The notes: a model not told the origin generated them from the letters alone. A stretch of 64,000 nucleotides of DNA from Prevotellaceae bacterium (GCA_031279695.1 JAITIA010000140.1:12935-76934); one strand, 5' to 3'; shown: positions 39,372 through 50,078, counted from the first letter of the stretch. Made by a program: numbers and translations.

Positions 39372-39938
39372 ATGGAAATTTTGGTAGCAAATTCATCACA
39401 TGTCGAACATGCTGAAACGGTATGTCGGCTGATTTACGAATCTGCATTACAGCGCGGTACGGGAATAGCAAAAAGAACGCCGGAATATATCGCAAAAAAA
39501 ATGAAAGACGGCAAGGCAATTGTAGTCCTTGACGAGGGTAAACTGATAGGATTCAGTTATATAGAATCGTGGCAACATAAAAAATTTGTCGCCAATTCGG
39601 GCTTGGTGGTCGATCCCGAATATCGCAAAACTGGTTTGGCACGAAAAATCAAAAAGGAAATATTCGAACTGTCGAAACGCCTGTATCCCGAAGCGAAAAT
39701 ATTCAGTATAACAACAGGTTTGGCGGTGATGAAACTCAATTCGGAACTCGGTTATGTGCCCGTAACATTTTCGGAACTGACCGACGACGACGAATTTTGG
39801 AAAGGTTGCGAAGGCTGCAAAAATTATCACATACTGATGGACAACAACAGAAAAATGTGCCTCTGTACAGGAATGCTCTACGACCCCGCAAAACACCAAA
39901 ACAGCAAGCCGGAAACCGAAAATAATCGCCAAAAATGA
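39372..39938 (+). CDS. GNAT-family N-acetyltransferase
   Basis: Acetyl-CoA binding motif region (VVDPEYRKTGLARKIKKEIFE) and about 19 kDa size. Confidence 0.75.
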   Translation: MEILVANSSHVEHAETVCRLIYESALQRGTGIAKRTPEYIAKKMKDGKAIVVLDEGKLIGFSYIESWQHKKFVANSGLVVDPEYRKTGLARKIKKEIFELSKRLYPEAKIFSITTGLAVMKLNSELGYVPVTFSELTDDDEFWKGCEGCKNYHILMDNNRKMCLCTGMLYDPAKHQNSKPETENNRQK

Positions 39939-40090
39939 AGTTTTGTCGCCAAAAAAAATCGTAAAATTGAAAAAAATCAGCACAAAAAATGAAAGCATTT
40001 AAGCCTGAAAAACAGCGTTTTATTTTTGTGATTGCAAACAGATTTTTTTTCTTTAACATAATTTAAGATAAAAACCCGCATAAAATTCGT

Positions 40091-40098
40091 ATCTTTGC
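40091..40098 (+). promoter_or_regulatory. -7 box TATCTTTG upstream of sufE
   Basis: Matches TAnnTTTG 28 nt before the ATG. Confidence 0.4.
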
Positions 40099-40125
40099 GT
40101 CGAATTTGCATTGAATTTGCATTAA

Positions 40126-40545
40126 ATGATGATTAAGACAATAAATGAGGTACAAAACGCTATAATAGAAGAGTTTTCATCGCTGACTGACTGGATGGAC
40201 AAGTACGAATATCTTATTGAGTTGGGCAGAGACCTGGACCCTTTTGACGTAAAATGTAAAAAAGATGAATATCTTATAGAAGGCTGTCAATCAAAAGTAT
40301 GGGTCTGTGCAGCCAAAAGCGGCGACGAAATAATTTACTCTGCCGACAGCGACGCCATAATCACTAAAGGCATGATTTCGCTGTTGATACGGGTATTTTC
40401 GGGGCAAAAACCAGCCGACGTCGCAATTGCCGACCTGTATTTTATAGAAAAAATAGGCTTGAAAGAAAACCTTTCGCCGATAAGATCAAACGGATTACTG
40501 TCGATGATTCGGAAAATGAAACTTTTAGCCCTTGAATTGGAGTAA
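40126..40545 (+). CDS. sufE: SufE-like cysteine desulfuration (sulfur acceptor) protein
   Basis: Conserved active-site motif EGCQSKVW. Confidence 0.85.
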   Translation: MMIKTINEVQNAIIEEFSSLTDWMDKYEYLIELGRDLDPFDVKCKKDEYLIEGCQSKVWVCAAKSGDEIIYSADSDAIITKGMISLLIRVFSGQKPADVAIADLYFIEKIGLKENLSPIRSNGLLSMIRKMKLLALELE

Positions 40546-40554
40546 CAGCTCACG

Positions 40555-40863
40555 ATGGATAAATTTGAATTGGAACAGAACATAGTAAAAGTTCTTAAAA
40601 ATATATACGACCCTGAAATTCCGGTTAATATCTACGATTTGGGGTTGATTTACAAAGTCGAAACCGACGGCAGCAAGGTGGAAATCACAATGACACTCAC
40701 CGCGCCCAACTGTCCGATGGCAGACGAACTTGTTGAAAATGTGAACAGGGACGTCAAAGACATCTCAGGCGTTACGGATGTCAATGTTATTCTGACATTT
40801 GAGCCGCCTTGGGATATGAATTATCTGTCGGACGAAGCAAAACTCGAAATGGGAATGTTGTAA
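40555..40863 (+). CDS. DUF59/MIP18-family Fe-S cluster assembly protein (SufT-like)
   Basis: VLKNIYDPEIPVNIYDLGLIY...TAPNCPMAD is the canonical DUF59 motif. Confidence 0.8.
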   Translation: MDKFELEQNIVKVLKNIYDPEIPVNIYDLGLIYKVETDGSKVEITMTLTAPNCPMADELVENVNRDVKDISGVTDVNVILTFEPPWDMNYLSDEAKLEMGML

Positions 40864-40881
40864 TAATTGTAATATAAATAA

Positions 40882-41460
40882 TTGACAATGAGAAAAAAGA
40901 ATGTAACAACCAGAAATTTAAACAGATACTTCTGTTTGCGGATTGCGGTAAGCGCTCTCCTGTTTTTGTCGATAAGCCTTAATATTCAGGCACAACCGCA
41001 CAAAAAAGTCAAATGGATGAAATTCACCGAAGCCATCGAAGCGTCGAAAAAAGAGCCGCGCAAAATATTTGTCGATATATATGCCAGCTGGTGCGGATGG
41101 TGCAAGGTACTGGATAACACCACTTTTGCCGACAGCGCAATTGTCAAAATTCTGAATACGGAGTATTATCCGGTAAAAATTGATTCCGAATCGAAAGAGG
41201 CGCTCAAATTCAAGGGATATGATTTGACTTATGCCGAACTTGCTGTTATTCTTGGCGCTGACAGAGGCTCGAATCTGGGGCTGCCCACAATGGTGTTTCT
41301 CAATGAAGATCACGATCTTCTGACCCGTGTTCCCGGATATCAGAAAGCCGAAGCAATGAAACCTATCCTGCTGTATTTTTCTGAAAATCACTATAAAAAC
41401 CAGCAATGGGACGAATATCACCGCCAATACACCGAAAAGCAAAATACAAAAAAGAAATGA
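40882..41460 (+). CDS. Secreted thioredoxin-fold protein (CGWC active site)
   Basis: Signal peptide. Thioredoxin motif YASWCGWCK. Confidence 0.8.
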   Translation: MTMRKKNVTTRNLNRYFCLRIAVSALLFLSISLNIQAQPHKKVKWMKFTEAIEASKKEPRKIFVDIYASWCGWCKVLDNTTFADSAIVKILNTEYYPVKIDSESKEALKFKGYDLTYAELAVILGADRGSNLGLPTMVFLNEDHDLLTRVPGYQKAEAMKPILLYFSENHYKNQQWDEYHRQYTEKQNTKKK

Positions 41461-42773
41461 TTGCCTCCGAACATAAAAATTTAGCTCGGGAAACTATGGA
41501 TTTTGCCTTGCAGCACGGAGCAAATGCCCGTATATCAATTATTTCGGGCACAAACAGCGCTTTTGAATATCGCGACAACACGCTCGACAAACTGCAACAG
41601 GCTGCCGAAAATCGCATGGAAATCGAACTTTTTGTGGACAGTCGCTATGGCTCGTATTCCACCAACCGCATGGACAGGGAAAGTCTTTTCAAATTCACGT
41701 TATCGGCAATAGAATCAACACGTTATCTCGATAAAGATCCGGAAAAAACCTTGCCCGAATTTTCGCGCTGTTATCAAGGCAAAATGTTTACGCTGGATAC
41801 ATACGACCCTGATTTTAAAAATATTGCGATAGACGCAAAACTTGAACTTGCTAAAAATCAGATTGACGAAATATTCGGCGTCGATGAGAGAATTATCTCA
41901 ATATCATCGGAATACAACGACGGCGAAAGTTTTCTGTATATGATTGCAAGCAACGGATTTGAGGGCGAAACGGCACATTCGACCTGTTCGCTGTATGCAA
42001 GCGTTGCAATGAAAGGCGCAAACGACAGTCGTCCAAGCGCTTATTGGCACGATTCGGCGCTGTATCTCAACGATTTAACAACTGTTGGAATAGGAAAAAC
42101 AGCCTACGAAAAAACTCTGCAAAAACTGAATCAGACAAAAATTGCTTCCGGCAAATATCCCATGCTTTTGGACAATACACAGTCGGTCAGATTATTAACC
42201 CCTCTGATTTCTGCACTGAACGGATACGCTCTGCAACAGGAAAATTCGTTTCTGATTGATAAACTCAACGAAAAAATTATATCGGAAAAAGTAACAGTTG
42301 TCGATAATCCTCACATCGATAGAGCGTTTGGCGCACGAATGTTCGACGACGAAGGCGTTGCTACAAAAAAACGGAATATTATAGAAAAAGGCATTCTAAA
42401 CACTTATTTTATAGACACATACATCTCAAAAAAAATGAATATCCAGCCCACAATTTCCTCGCCCTCAGTTGTGGTTTTTGAACCGGGCAAACGTCCGCAC
42501 ACGGAAATTATGGCGGATATGGACACAGGAATTTGGGTTACAGGCTTTAACGGAGGCAACAGTAACAGTTCGACCGGCGATTTTTCGTTTGGAATCGAAG
42601 GTTTTCTTGTTGAAAACGGCAAACCTGTAAAGCCTGTAAATGAGATGAATATCACCGGAAATATACTGAGTTTGTGGAACAGCGTGCTGGAAGTGGGCAA
42701 CGACCCCAAACTGAATTCCTCGAAACGGGTTCCTTCAATTTTATTTGACGGAGTAGATTTCAGCGGTATTTAA
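41457..42773 (+). CDS. TldD/PmbA-family metallopeptidase-like protein
   Basis: PmbA/TldD family architecture with a C-terminal GxGNxxxxGDFSFG motif (NGGNSNSSTGDFSFGIEGF). Start placed at ATG 41457 (MIASEH), overlapping the upstream stop as ATGA. Confidence 0.8.
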   Translation: MIASEHKNLARETMDFALQHGANARISIISGTNSAFEYRDNTLDKLQQAAENRMEIELFVDSRYGSYSTNRMDRESLFKFTLSAIESTRYLDKDPEKTLPEFSRCYQGKMFTLDTYDPDFKNIAIDAKLELAKNQIDEIFGVDERIISISSEYNDGESFLYMIASNGFEGETAHSTCSLYASVAMKGANDSRPSAYWHDSALYLNDLTTVGIGKTAYEKTLQKLNQTKIASGKYPMLLDNTQSVRLLTPLISALNGYALQQENSFLIDKLNEKIISEKVTVVDNPHIDRAFGARMFDDEGVATKKRNIIEKGILNTYFIDTYISKKMNIQPTISSPSVVVFEPGKRPHTEIMADMDTGIWVTGFNGGNSNSSTGDFSFGIEGFLVENGKPVKPVNEMNITGNILSLWNSVLEVGNDPKLNSSKRVPSILFDGVDFSGI

Positions 42774-42806
42774 ACGAGCAAATAATAATTTATTATATAT
42801 TTAGAT

Positions 42807-44231
42807 ATGAGAACATTATTTATCCTATTTATTTTAACGGCAACAGGCTGCGGCGCTCGCGAGGCTTGCGCTCAAAATGCAGAGCCACAAAAATCGGGCT
42901 ATCAAATTAAATTTGAACTGAAAGGCGAAAAAAACAAGGATGTTATACTTGCAATATATTACGGGTCAAGTAAATATTCGATAGATACAGCCCAACTCGA
43001 CCGACACGGGAAAGCCGAATTTTCCGGAGCAAAACCGCTTTCTCCGGGCATGTATCTGTTTGCCTCCGACGGCGCTCAACTGTTCGATTTTTTGATTTCA
43101 GATACTGTAAATCAGAATTTTACGGTGTTCACAACAAAAGGAAAACTGCTTGAAACCCTGTCGTTCGATGGTTCGCCCGAAAATCAGGCGTTTGCCGATT
43201 TTACGCGCTTTATGGCTGATATACAGAAAACTCAGCAAAAACATGACCTCAAAAATGCTGATTCCCTGCAATTGCAGCAGTATCGGGACGAAGAGGCGCT
43301 GCTGGACAAAAAAACGGAGGATAAAGTCAAGGAAATCAGCGAGCAATATCCCAAATCGCTGCTGTCGTCAATTGCAAATGCAATGATGTATCCCAAGCCC
43401 AAAACCAGCGAATTGCCAGCCGATAAATCTGAACAACAGCGATATATATATAAATTTATGAAAACTCACTATTGGGATAAACTGACATTGACCGACCACA
43501 GAATGCAAAATACGCCAATTTTGATTCCCGCAATCGATAACTATTTTGCTACAATAATTCCTCAAATACCTGATTCCATTATACATGCTATCGACAAAAT
43601 GCTCGACAAAGCACAAACCGATACGGCAATGACCAAGTTTTTAGTTGGGCATATTTTCAATAAATATCTGAAAATGAAAACAATAATGGGAATGGAAAAT
43701 GTTATTATACATTTGATTGATAATTACTATCTTAGCGGAAAAGTGAAAACCGACGACGAAAAATTTATGACAAGTATCACCGAATTTGCCGACAAAAACA
43801 GGGTTTCGCTGATTGGCAAACAGGCACAAAATTTGAAAATGGAAAGCCTGACCGGCACGCCCGAAGCGCTTTACGATATTGATTCGCCTTACACTCTGGT
43901 GTATATTTTTGAGCCGTCGTGCGGTCATTGCAAGGTCGAAACTCCCAAGATTTACAAGGTTTTTCAGGAATATAAGGACAAAGGACTTGCCGGTTTTTGT
44001 GTTTATAATCTGCACAATAAGGAGGAATGGGTGGAATATATTGCGGCAAATAATTTTACGGACTGGATAAATGTCTGGGACCCAAAGAATGAGGCGGATT
44101 TCAGAACGGCATACAGCGTTTATTCTGTTCCGCAGGTTTATGTGCTCGACAAGGACAAAAAAATTGTCGGTCGCGGGCTCGAAAGTGTTTCTCTGGCACA
44201 GCTGCTGGCGCACCTGTTGAAAAATAAATAA
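42807..44231 (+). CDS. TlpA-like thiol:disulfide oxidoreductase lipoprotein (474 aa) with CGHC active site
   Basis: Lipoprotein signal (LTATGCGA). C-terminal thioredoxin domain FEPSCGHCK...SVPQVYVLDKDKKIVGRGL. Confidence 0.8.
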   Translation: MRTLFILFILTATGCGAREACAQNAEPQKSGYQIKFELKGEKNKDVILAIYYGSSKYSIDTAQLDRHGKAEFSGAKPLSPGMYLFASDGAQLFDFLISDTVNQNFTVFTTKGKLLETLSFDGSPENQAFADFTRFMADIQKTQQKHDLKNADSLQLQQYRDEEALLDKKTEDKVKEISEQYPKSLLSSIANAMMYPKPKTSELPADKSEQQRYIYKFMKTHYWDKLTLTDHRMQNTPILIPAIDNYFATIIPQIPDSIIHAIDKMLDKAQTDTAMTKFLVGHIFNKYLKMKTIMGMENVIIHLIDNYYLSGKVKTDDEKFMTSITEFADKNRVSLIGKQAQNLKMESLTGTPEALYDIDSPYTLVYIFEPSCGHCKVETPKIYKVFQEYKDKGLAGFCVYNLHNKEEWVEYIAANNFTDWINVWDPKNEADFRTAYSVYSVPQVYVLDKDKKIVGRGLESVSLAQLLAHLLKNK

Positions 44232-44238
44232 TTGCCTG

Positions 44239-45027
44239 ATGCTAAGATTGTTATTTTTCAGTTTATTTGTCGTTCTGTTCTGTTCGTGTCGAACTTCAAA
44301 ACAGACAAAATCCCAGCCGGACGTCACCATAACAGCCAGCTATGCCGACAGTTACCTTTCGTCGCTGCCACAAATTCACGATTCGATAATTCCTGCCATC
44401 GACAGGACGCTGGCAGCGCACAAAAACGATACCGCCACACTGCGTTTCCTTGCACGCTATCTGTACGACAAATATCTGATTTCGGAAATGCAAGGCGCTG
44501 AAAATATTACTGTTCACCTTGCCGATAATTATTATCTGAATAACAGAATTGTAGAAAATGCGAAGTTCAGGAAAGAGGTAGCCGATTTTGCCAAAAAGTT
44601 CAGAAATACGCTAATTGGCAAGCAGGCGCAAAATCTGAAAATGGAAAGTATCAACGGCACGCACGAAGCGCTGTATGATATTGATTCTCCATATACTCTG
44701 GTCTATTTTTTTGACCCCACATGCAGCCACTGCAAAAAAGAGACGCCAAAAATTTATAAAATATTCCGCAAATACAGCAACAGAGGATTGGCAGGTTTTT
44801 GCGTTTACTCGCAGAGCGACAGGGAGGAATGGATTGATTATGTGGCAAAAAATAATTTAACCGACTGGATGAATGTCTGGGATCCGACAAATGAAAATAA
44901 TTTCAGAATTGCATACAGTATCTATTCTGTGCCTCAAACATATCTGCTCGACAAAGACAAAAAAATTGTCGGTCGCCGATTGAATGATGAAACACTGGAA
45001 AATCTGCTGAAAAATTTGCTGAATTAG
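44239..45027 (+). CDS. TlpA-like thioredoxin-fold lipoprotein, shorter tandem paralogue of the upstream gene (CSHC active site)
   Basis: Collinear with the C-terminal half of the 42807 gene (LIGKQAQNLKMES.NGT.EALYDIDSPYTLVY.F.P.C.HCK.ETPKIYK.F). Confidence 0.8.
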   Translation: MLRLLFFSLFVVLFCSCRTSKQTKSQPDVTITASYADSYLSSLPQIHDSIIPAIDRTLAAHKNDTATLRFLARYLYDKYLISEMQGAENITVHLADNYYLNNRIVENAKFRKEVADFAKKFRNTLIGKQAQNLKMESINGTHEALYDIDSPYTLVYFFDPTCSHCKKETPKIYKIFRKYSNRGLAGFCVYSQSDREEWIDYVAKNNLTDWMNVWDPTNENNFRIAYSIYSVPQTYLLDKDKKIVGRRLNDETLENLLKNLLN

Positions 45028-45207
45028 AGTGGATGAGGATGAAAATGAGGATATTATTTATTAAAAACATCCATATAATAATCGGTTCAACCGGGAATTG
45101 TGTGGAAAATCCATAGAAATAATTAACAATGAAATTAAATCAACTCTTTCACAAATAACATTTTAACTTTATGTGCATACACTGTTTATCCTTACTGTTC
45201 AAAGAAA

Positions 45208-46704
45208 TTATCGTCGTTTAAAAAACTCATCGATTGTTGTATTCATTAGTGTTGCAGTTAAATCTAATTTAAACATAATAATTATAAAATCAGCATAATA
45301 TATAACATCATTGTCAATCATTTCCAGCAAAGCCTGAGTTTTTTCGAGTTTATGTTCGGCTTCTTTATTCATATAATCCAACAGAATAGATGCATAGCAC
45401 CGAATAAACTGCGACATTTCAAACTTTGTAATCGTTTTGCCCTCAACCATTTTTCGCAATTGTTCCCGCGCCTCTTCCCGCGCCTCCGGTGGCAAATCTC
45501 GCAGTTCTTTATCTTTTTTCAACATCTCTATGAGAAAATAATTGGGAAATCGCTCAAGTTCCTTGTTTATACGACTGTACTCATGTTCATTACCATTAAT
45601 TTTTCCGATCAGCATCAAATTCAGGTACGAAATAACGGCGCAATCACCATGCTGTTTTTTAAACAACTTGATTTGTTGTTGCGCATCACTTACAGATTTA
45701 AAGTCTTGAATTTCAATAAATGCAGTCAGGAGATCAAGATACAACTCTTTGCCGTCGGTTTTGAAAGAGGGAAACAGCGAATTTGGTACCTCATCATTTG
45801 CTGTCGCCTCAAATAAAGCAAAGTCTGATTTCATCATTTCCAGATATTTATCCACTACATCGGTATTTAGCATATTGTCTTCTTCGCGCCAAAAGTCTGC
45901 CAAAATCCTTACTTTGTCCACAAAATCTATGTCTGAGTCTAAATAAAATGTATCAACTGTTTTGTTTTGATATTCTTTAAATACAGCAATCGCCTCTTCC
46001 TCAGCGGCTTTTTTATCCATATTAACAATTTTTTGATAATAAATGTCATAAGCATCTTCGTCATCATCATAATCATAATCATCATACTCATCGTCGTCAT
46101 CGTTTATTGTGTCGCCGTCAACCATTTTTGTATTTAAAATGACTTCATAATTGCCTTGTCCTGCTGTTTTATCAAGCTGATTTATGATTTTTTTAGCCTG
46201 TAACGAACTTTCGTAACCGTTATAGACATACAGCGGAATACCGTTTTTGTTGCCACAATGAATGTCAATCAGCGGAATATCGTCGTTATCTTCTTCCAGA
46301 AAATATTGTGTAATTGAAGTAAAATCTTTGTGTGGCACAAAACCATATTCTTCGGCAAATTCGATAGCCGCAAAAATTATATTATGAGCAAATTTGTAAG
46401 AAATTTCTTCCATATCATGATTGTCATCCATCTGGTCTATACAATTGTCAAATACATTTGATGAAACATTGAATTGAAACAGTGTATCTTTTACTCCAAG
46501 ACACTTTGTATCTACCAGATACATGCAAAAAGTAAGGTTTCCATTTGTGTGCTCTCTGGCAATAATTATGTTTGCCAAGCCTGCTTTCTCCCAGTCAATG
46601 TTGATTAAGCATTTTATAATGGGCAAATTACGTGATTTTTTACGTATAAAATTCTCCGGCGAGAGAAATACCTGTATTTTCTTATTTTTCTTAGATTTTG
46701 ACAT
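45208..46704 (-). CDS. Hypothetical protein (498 aa) with poly-acidic tract DDDDEYDDYDYDDDEDAYD; AT-rich gene
   Basis: Long ORF with distinctly lower GC than its neighbours. No domain recognised. Confidence 0.55.
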   Translation of the reverse strand: MSKSKKNKKIQVFLSPENFIRKKSRNLPIIKCLINIDWEKAGLANIIIAREHTNGNLTFCMYLVDTKCLGVKDTLFQFNVSSNVFDNCIDQMDDNHDMEEISYKFAHNIIFAAIEFAEEYGFVPHKDFTSITQYFLEEDNDDIPLIDIHCGNKNGIPLYVYNGYESSLQAKKIINQLDKTAGQGNYEVILNTKMVDGDTINDDDDEYDDYDYDDDEDAYDIYYQKIVNMDKKAAEEEAIAVFKEYQNKTVDTFYLDSDIDFVDKVRILADFWREEDNMLNTDVVDKYLEMMKSDFALFEATANDEVPNSLFPSFKTDGKELYLDLLTAFIEIQDFKSVSDAQQQIKLFKKQHGDCAVISYLNLMLIGKINGNEHEYSRINKELERFPNYFLIEMLKKDKELRDLPPEAREEAREQLRKMVEGKTITKFEMSQFIRCYASILLDYMNKEAEHKLEKTQALLEMIDNDVIYYADFIIIMFKLDLTATLMNTTIDEFFKRR

Positions 46705-46902
46705 ATAAATTATCTTTTTAAAATTTCAATCTGCGAAATTACATATTTTTTTGTTTCCAACCAAATAGTTTTTTTAATTTATTATTAATCAGACTTTTCT
46801 TTACGCGATTTTTGGACGGGAAACGCTGAACCGACAGTGGAATTTTTACGATTGGAAAACATTTTTTTGATTTTTGAATTAAAAGACCATCGTCATAAAT
46901 CA

Positions 46903-47166
46903 TCAAACAAAGGTTTCGCTTTCAGAGTTTTTATCGGAAAATGAAAATAATTCTCTGACATATTGGCTGTAGTCATAAGTTATCAGCCATTTATGCGGAC
47001 ATTGTTTCATGTTTTCCGCAAAACGTTTGTGGTCGAAGGCTTTGTGTAAGTTGCCGTTTTTTTTCGTACAATGCCGATTTTGTTGCCGAATAACAGGGCG
47101 TATCCTGCGAAGAAGAACAGAACGATTGGCTGTGCAAAAAACGTATCGAGGACAAGGCATTGACAA
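46903..47166 (-). pseudogene. Probable remnant of a Dam-class (D12) N6-adenine DNA methyltransferase C-terminus
   Basis: Translation has HKWLITYDYSQYVRELF, resembling the conserved Dam C-terminal motif (VLISNHDT..TREWY). Adjacent frames are broken and no intact MTase ORF is present. Confidence 0.3.
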
Positions 47167-47363
47167 AGGATTGTTTGCAAATCAAATTTCTTGAATTTTT
47201 TTGGCAATTTTTCCTGTTCTATGTATATTATTTCTTCTTTTACGTCAGCATTTCCCGTTCGGAGAGCGCGTGTGGTCAAAATTTTTCACCCTAATTTACA
47301 GGCATATATCAAAAAAAAACAATTGTTTGAAAAAAAAATTTCACACAAATGAAAAAAAAACAT

Positions 47364-47371
47364 TACCTTTG
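47364..47371 (+). promoter_or_regulatory. -7 box TACCTTTG upstream of the META-domain gene
   Basis: Sequence cattacctttgccgcg, 40 nt before the ATG at 47411. Confidence 0.45.
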
Positions 47372-47410
47372 CCGCGTTTTATGTTTTTAAATAATTAAAA
47401 AATTTTAGTA

Positions 47411-47854
47411 ATGAGACATTGTTTATATTTAATTTTGATTATGATTTTGGCGCAGGCTTGTTTCTCTGTAACCACAACAGAATCGTCGTCCGGAGCAACA
47501 TCAACAGACTTGACATCAATGGAATGGAGGCTTGTATCGGTAAATGTGGACGACAAACCGATGACCACAGAAAGCCTCAAAACACCGGCAACCCTCAAAA
47601 TCAACCCCGACGGACAGTTTTCGGGTCAGGGCGGATGTAATAACTTTTTCGGAAAAGCCACAATCAAAGGCTCGAAAATCGGTTTCGGAAATGCCGGAAT
47701 AACGAAAAAAATGTGCTTCGACAATACCGTCATGGCGCTCGAAACAGCATACATGAAGGCGCTTAACGAGGCGGATTCGTATGAAATCAAACTGAAAAAT
47801 TTGATTTTGAAAAAAGGAAATAACACAATTGCAACGTTTCTTTCGATACAGTAA
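47411..47854 (+). CDS. META/DUF306 (HslJ-like) domain lipoprotein
   Basis: Signal peptide with Cys. Motif GQGGCNNFFGKA is typical of the META domain. Confidence 0.75.
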   Translation: MRHCLYLILIMILAQACFSVTTTESSSGATSTDLTSMEWRLVSVNVDDKPMTTESLKTPATLKINPDGQFSGQGGCNNFFGKATIKGSKIGFGNAGITKKMCFDNTVMALETAYMKALNEADSYEIKLKNLILKKGNNTIATFLSIQ

Positions 47855-47926
47855 GCGCACAGTTGCGTTTGCCACCGGAAGCGGAAAAATTATATCAGTG
47901 TAACATAAATTTTATATAAAATAATT

Positions 47927-49498
47927 ATGAAACGAAGCAACAGTATTCAACAAATCAGCGATTTATCCCTTGTATGGGATTTTGTAATTGTTGGCGGCGG
48001 AGCAACCGGACTGGGCGCTGCCGTCGACGCCGCCTCGCGAGGCTACAAAGTAGCGCTGCTCGAACAGGCAGATTTTACAAAAAGCACTTCGAGCCGCAGC
48101 ACCAAACTCGTACACGGTGGCGTACGCTATCTGGCTCAGGGCGACGTTGCTATGGTTATCGAAGCCTTGCACGAACGCGGTCTGATGCGCAAAAATGCGC
48201 CTCATTTAGTCAAAGATCAGCGATTTATAATTGGCAACTACCGCTGGTGGGAAAAACCGTTCTATACCATCGGTTTAACACTCTACGATTTACTTGCAGC
48301 CAAACGGGCTTTTGGAGCCTCGCTGCCGCTGAGCCGCAAACGGGTGGTTGCCGAAATTCCGCAAATCGCCACAAAAGGGCTTCGCGGCGGAGTGGTGTAT
48401 CACGACGGGCAGTTTGACGATTCGCGCATGGCTGTCAATCTGGCGCAAACAGCAACAGAACAGGGCGCTGCCTGCGCAAATTATGTGCAAGTAACAGGAT
48501 TGACAAAAAATGCGGAAGGAAAAATTGACGGCGTGGACGTCTGCGATATGCTTTCCGGAAAAACTTGTCACCTGAAAACAAAGTCGGTTATCAACGCAAC
48601 AGGCATTTTTGTTGATGAACTGATGCAGATGGATAACGAACAGAACGACCGGATGGTACGTCCAAGTCAGGGAATACATCTGGTTGTCGATCGCTCGTTT
48701 CTGGGCGGCGACACGGCAATCATGATTCCCAAAACAAGCGACGGACGGGTTCTTTTTGGCGTACCCTGGCATGGCAAAGTTGTTCTGGGAACGACAGATA
48801 CGCCGCTGGATGAGTTCACTCTCGAACCTCGCGCACTGGACGAGGAAATTGAATTTATTCTGCGCACCGCCGGCACATATCTCGCCAAACAGCCTTCGCG
48901 CAGCGATGTGCTTTCGGTATTTGCAGGGCTGCGACCTCTTGCCGCACCGCGCAAAAGCGCCGACGCGAAAAAAACCAAGGAAATATCGCGCAGCCACAAA
49001 ATTATGATTTCCGACAGCGGTCTGCTCACCATAACCGGCGGAAAATGGACAACATACCGACGTATGGCAGAGGACGCCATCAATAAGGCAGCCGCCATCG
49101 CCGGATTGCCGCGCAAAAAATGCGTAACAAAAAATCTGCATATCCACGGACATAAAAAAACAACCGACAGAGAGTCGTTTTCATACGTTTACGGTTCGGA
49201 TTACGAAAAAATTCTGCAACTGCAAAACGAAAATCCGGCAATGAGCAAAAAAATTCATCCTTCATACGAATATACTGCCGCCGAAGTTGTGTGGGCTGTT
49301 CGCCACGAAATGGCGCAAACGGTTGAAGATGTGTTGGCTCGCCGGTTTCGTCTGCTGTTTCTCGACGCACGGGCGGCAATTGAAGCCGCGCCAAACGTGG
49401 CCTCGCTGATGGCAAAAGAACTCGGAGAAAACCATGAATGGGAACAATTGCAAATCCAAATATTTGTCGAAATCGCAAACGGATATTTAATAGAGTAA
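47927..49498 (+). CDS. glpD: FAD-dependent glycerol-3-phosphate dehydrogenase
   Basis: N-terminal FAD motif DFVIVGGGATGLGAAVDAASRGYKVALLE. 523 aa with a GlpD-type C-terminal domain. Confidence 0.88.
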   Translation: MKRSNSIQQISDLSLVWDFVIVGGGATGLGAAVDAASRGYKVALLEQADFTKSTSSRSTKLVHGGVRYLAQGDVAMVIEALHERGLMRKNAPHLVKDQRFIIGNYRWWEKPFYTIGLTLYDLLAAKRAFGASLPLSRKRVVAEIPQIATKGLRGGVVYHDGQFDDSRMAVNLAQTATEQGAACANYVQVTGLTKNAEGKIDGVDVCDMLSGKTCHLKTKSVINATGIFVDELMQMDNEQNDRMVRPSQGIHLVVDRSFLGGDTAIMIPKTSDGRVLFGVPWHGKVVLGTTDTPLDEFTLEPRALDEEIEFILRTAGTYLAKQPSRSDVLSVFAGLRPLAAPRKSADAKKTKEISRSHKIMISDSGLLTITGGKWTTYRRMAEDAINKAAAIAGLPRKKCVTKNLHIHGHKKTTDRESFSYVYGSDYEKILQLQNENPAMSKKIHPSYEYTAAEVVWAVRHEMAQTVEDVLARRFRLLFLDARAAIEAAPNVASLMAKELGENHEWEQLQIQIFVEIANGYLIE

Positions 49499-49568
49499 AA
49501 CCAAATACTTTATCGTATTGCAGGGTATTTTTCATGACGCCTCAATCTTTCCCGAACAAAAAAATGTT

Positions 49569-49576
49569 TACCTTTG
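49569..49576 (+). promoter_or_regulatory. -7 box TACCTTTG upstream of the lipoprotein gene
   Basis: Sequence gtttacctttgcaaaaaaa. Confidence 0.4.
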
Positions 49577-49646
49577 CAAAAAAAATATAATTGTGGAATA
49601 CAGTATAACAAAGTTAAAACAAGGGAATTACAGATTGTTATGGAAA

Positions 49647-50078
49647 ATGGCAACAGCATTTTTGCCGGTTTTTTTCCTGGCGTCCTGCGGAAATATCCGA
49701 GATGTTGAAATTGAAAACATCGAAGAGATAAAACTGAAAACACTGAAAGGCAGCAAAGCAACTGTGGAAGTGAAAATTACCGTTAATAATCGCTCGGCGC
49801 ACAATATTTATCTCAAAAAAGCCGATTTTGAAATCTTGCGCGAGGGATATTCGTTTGCTACGGCAATAATGACCGGCAAATATCTGATAACGAAACATTC
49901 GCGGCAAACTCAGGTATTGATGTTTAATCTCGATATATCGGACAGAATGCTCATTGTTTCGGGCAGAATACGGGCGGTGCTGGCTGGCGAGGACAGAACA
50001 AAACTGTCGCTGGCGGGGAAAATCAGGGCGGGAACAAAAATACTGTCGAAAAACATAAAAATATATCACGAACTCTGA
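49647..50078 (+). CDS. Hypothetical small lipoprotein (possibly LEA14/Lea_2-like beta-sandwich)
   Basis: Start chosen at MATAFLPVFFLASCGN (lipobox) inside the longer ORF 49518..50078. Confidence 0.55.
   Translation: MATAFLPVFFLASCGNIRDVEIENIEEIKLKTLKGSKATVEVKITVNNRSAHNIYLKKADFEILREGYSFATAIMTGKYLITKHSRQTQVLMFNLDISDRMLIVSGRIRAVLAGEDRTKLSLAGKIRAGTKILSKNIKIYHEL

Noticed and set aside
48290-49153. 287-aa minus-strand ORF
   Set aside because: Antisense to glpD.
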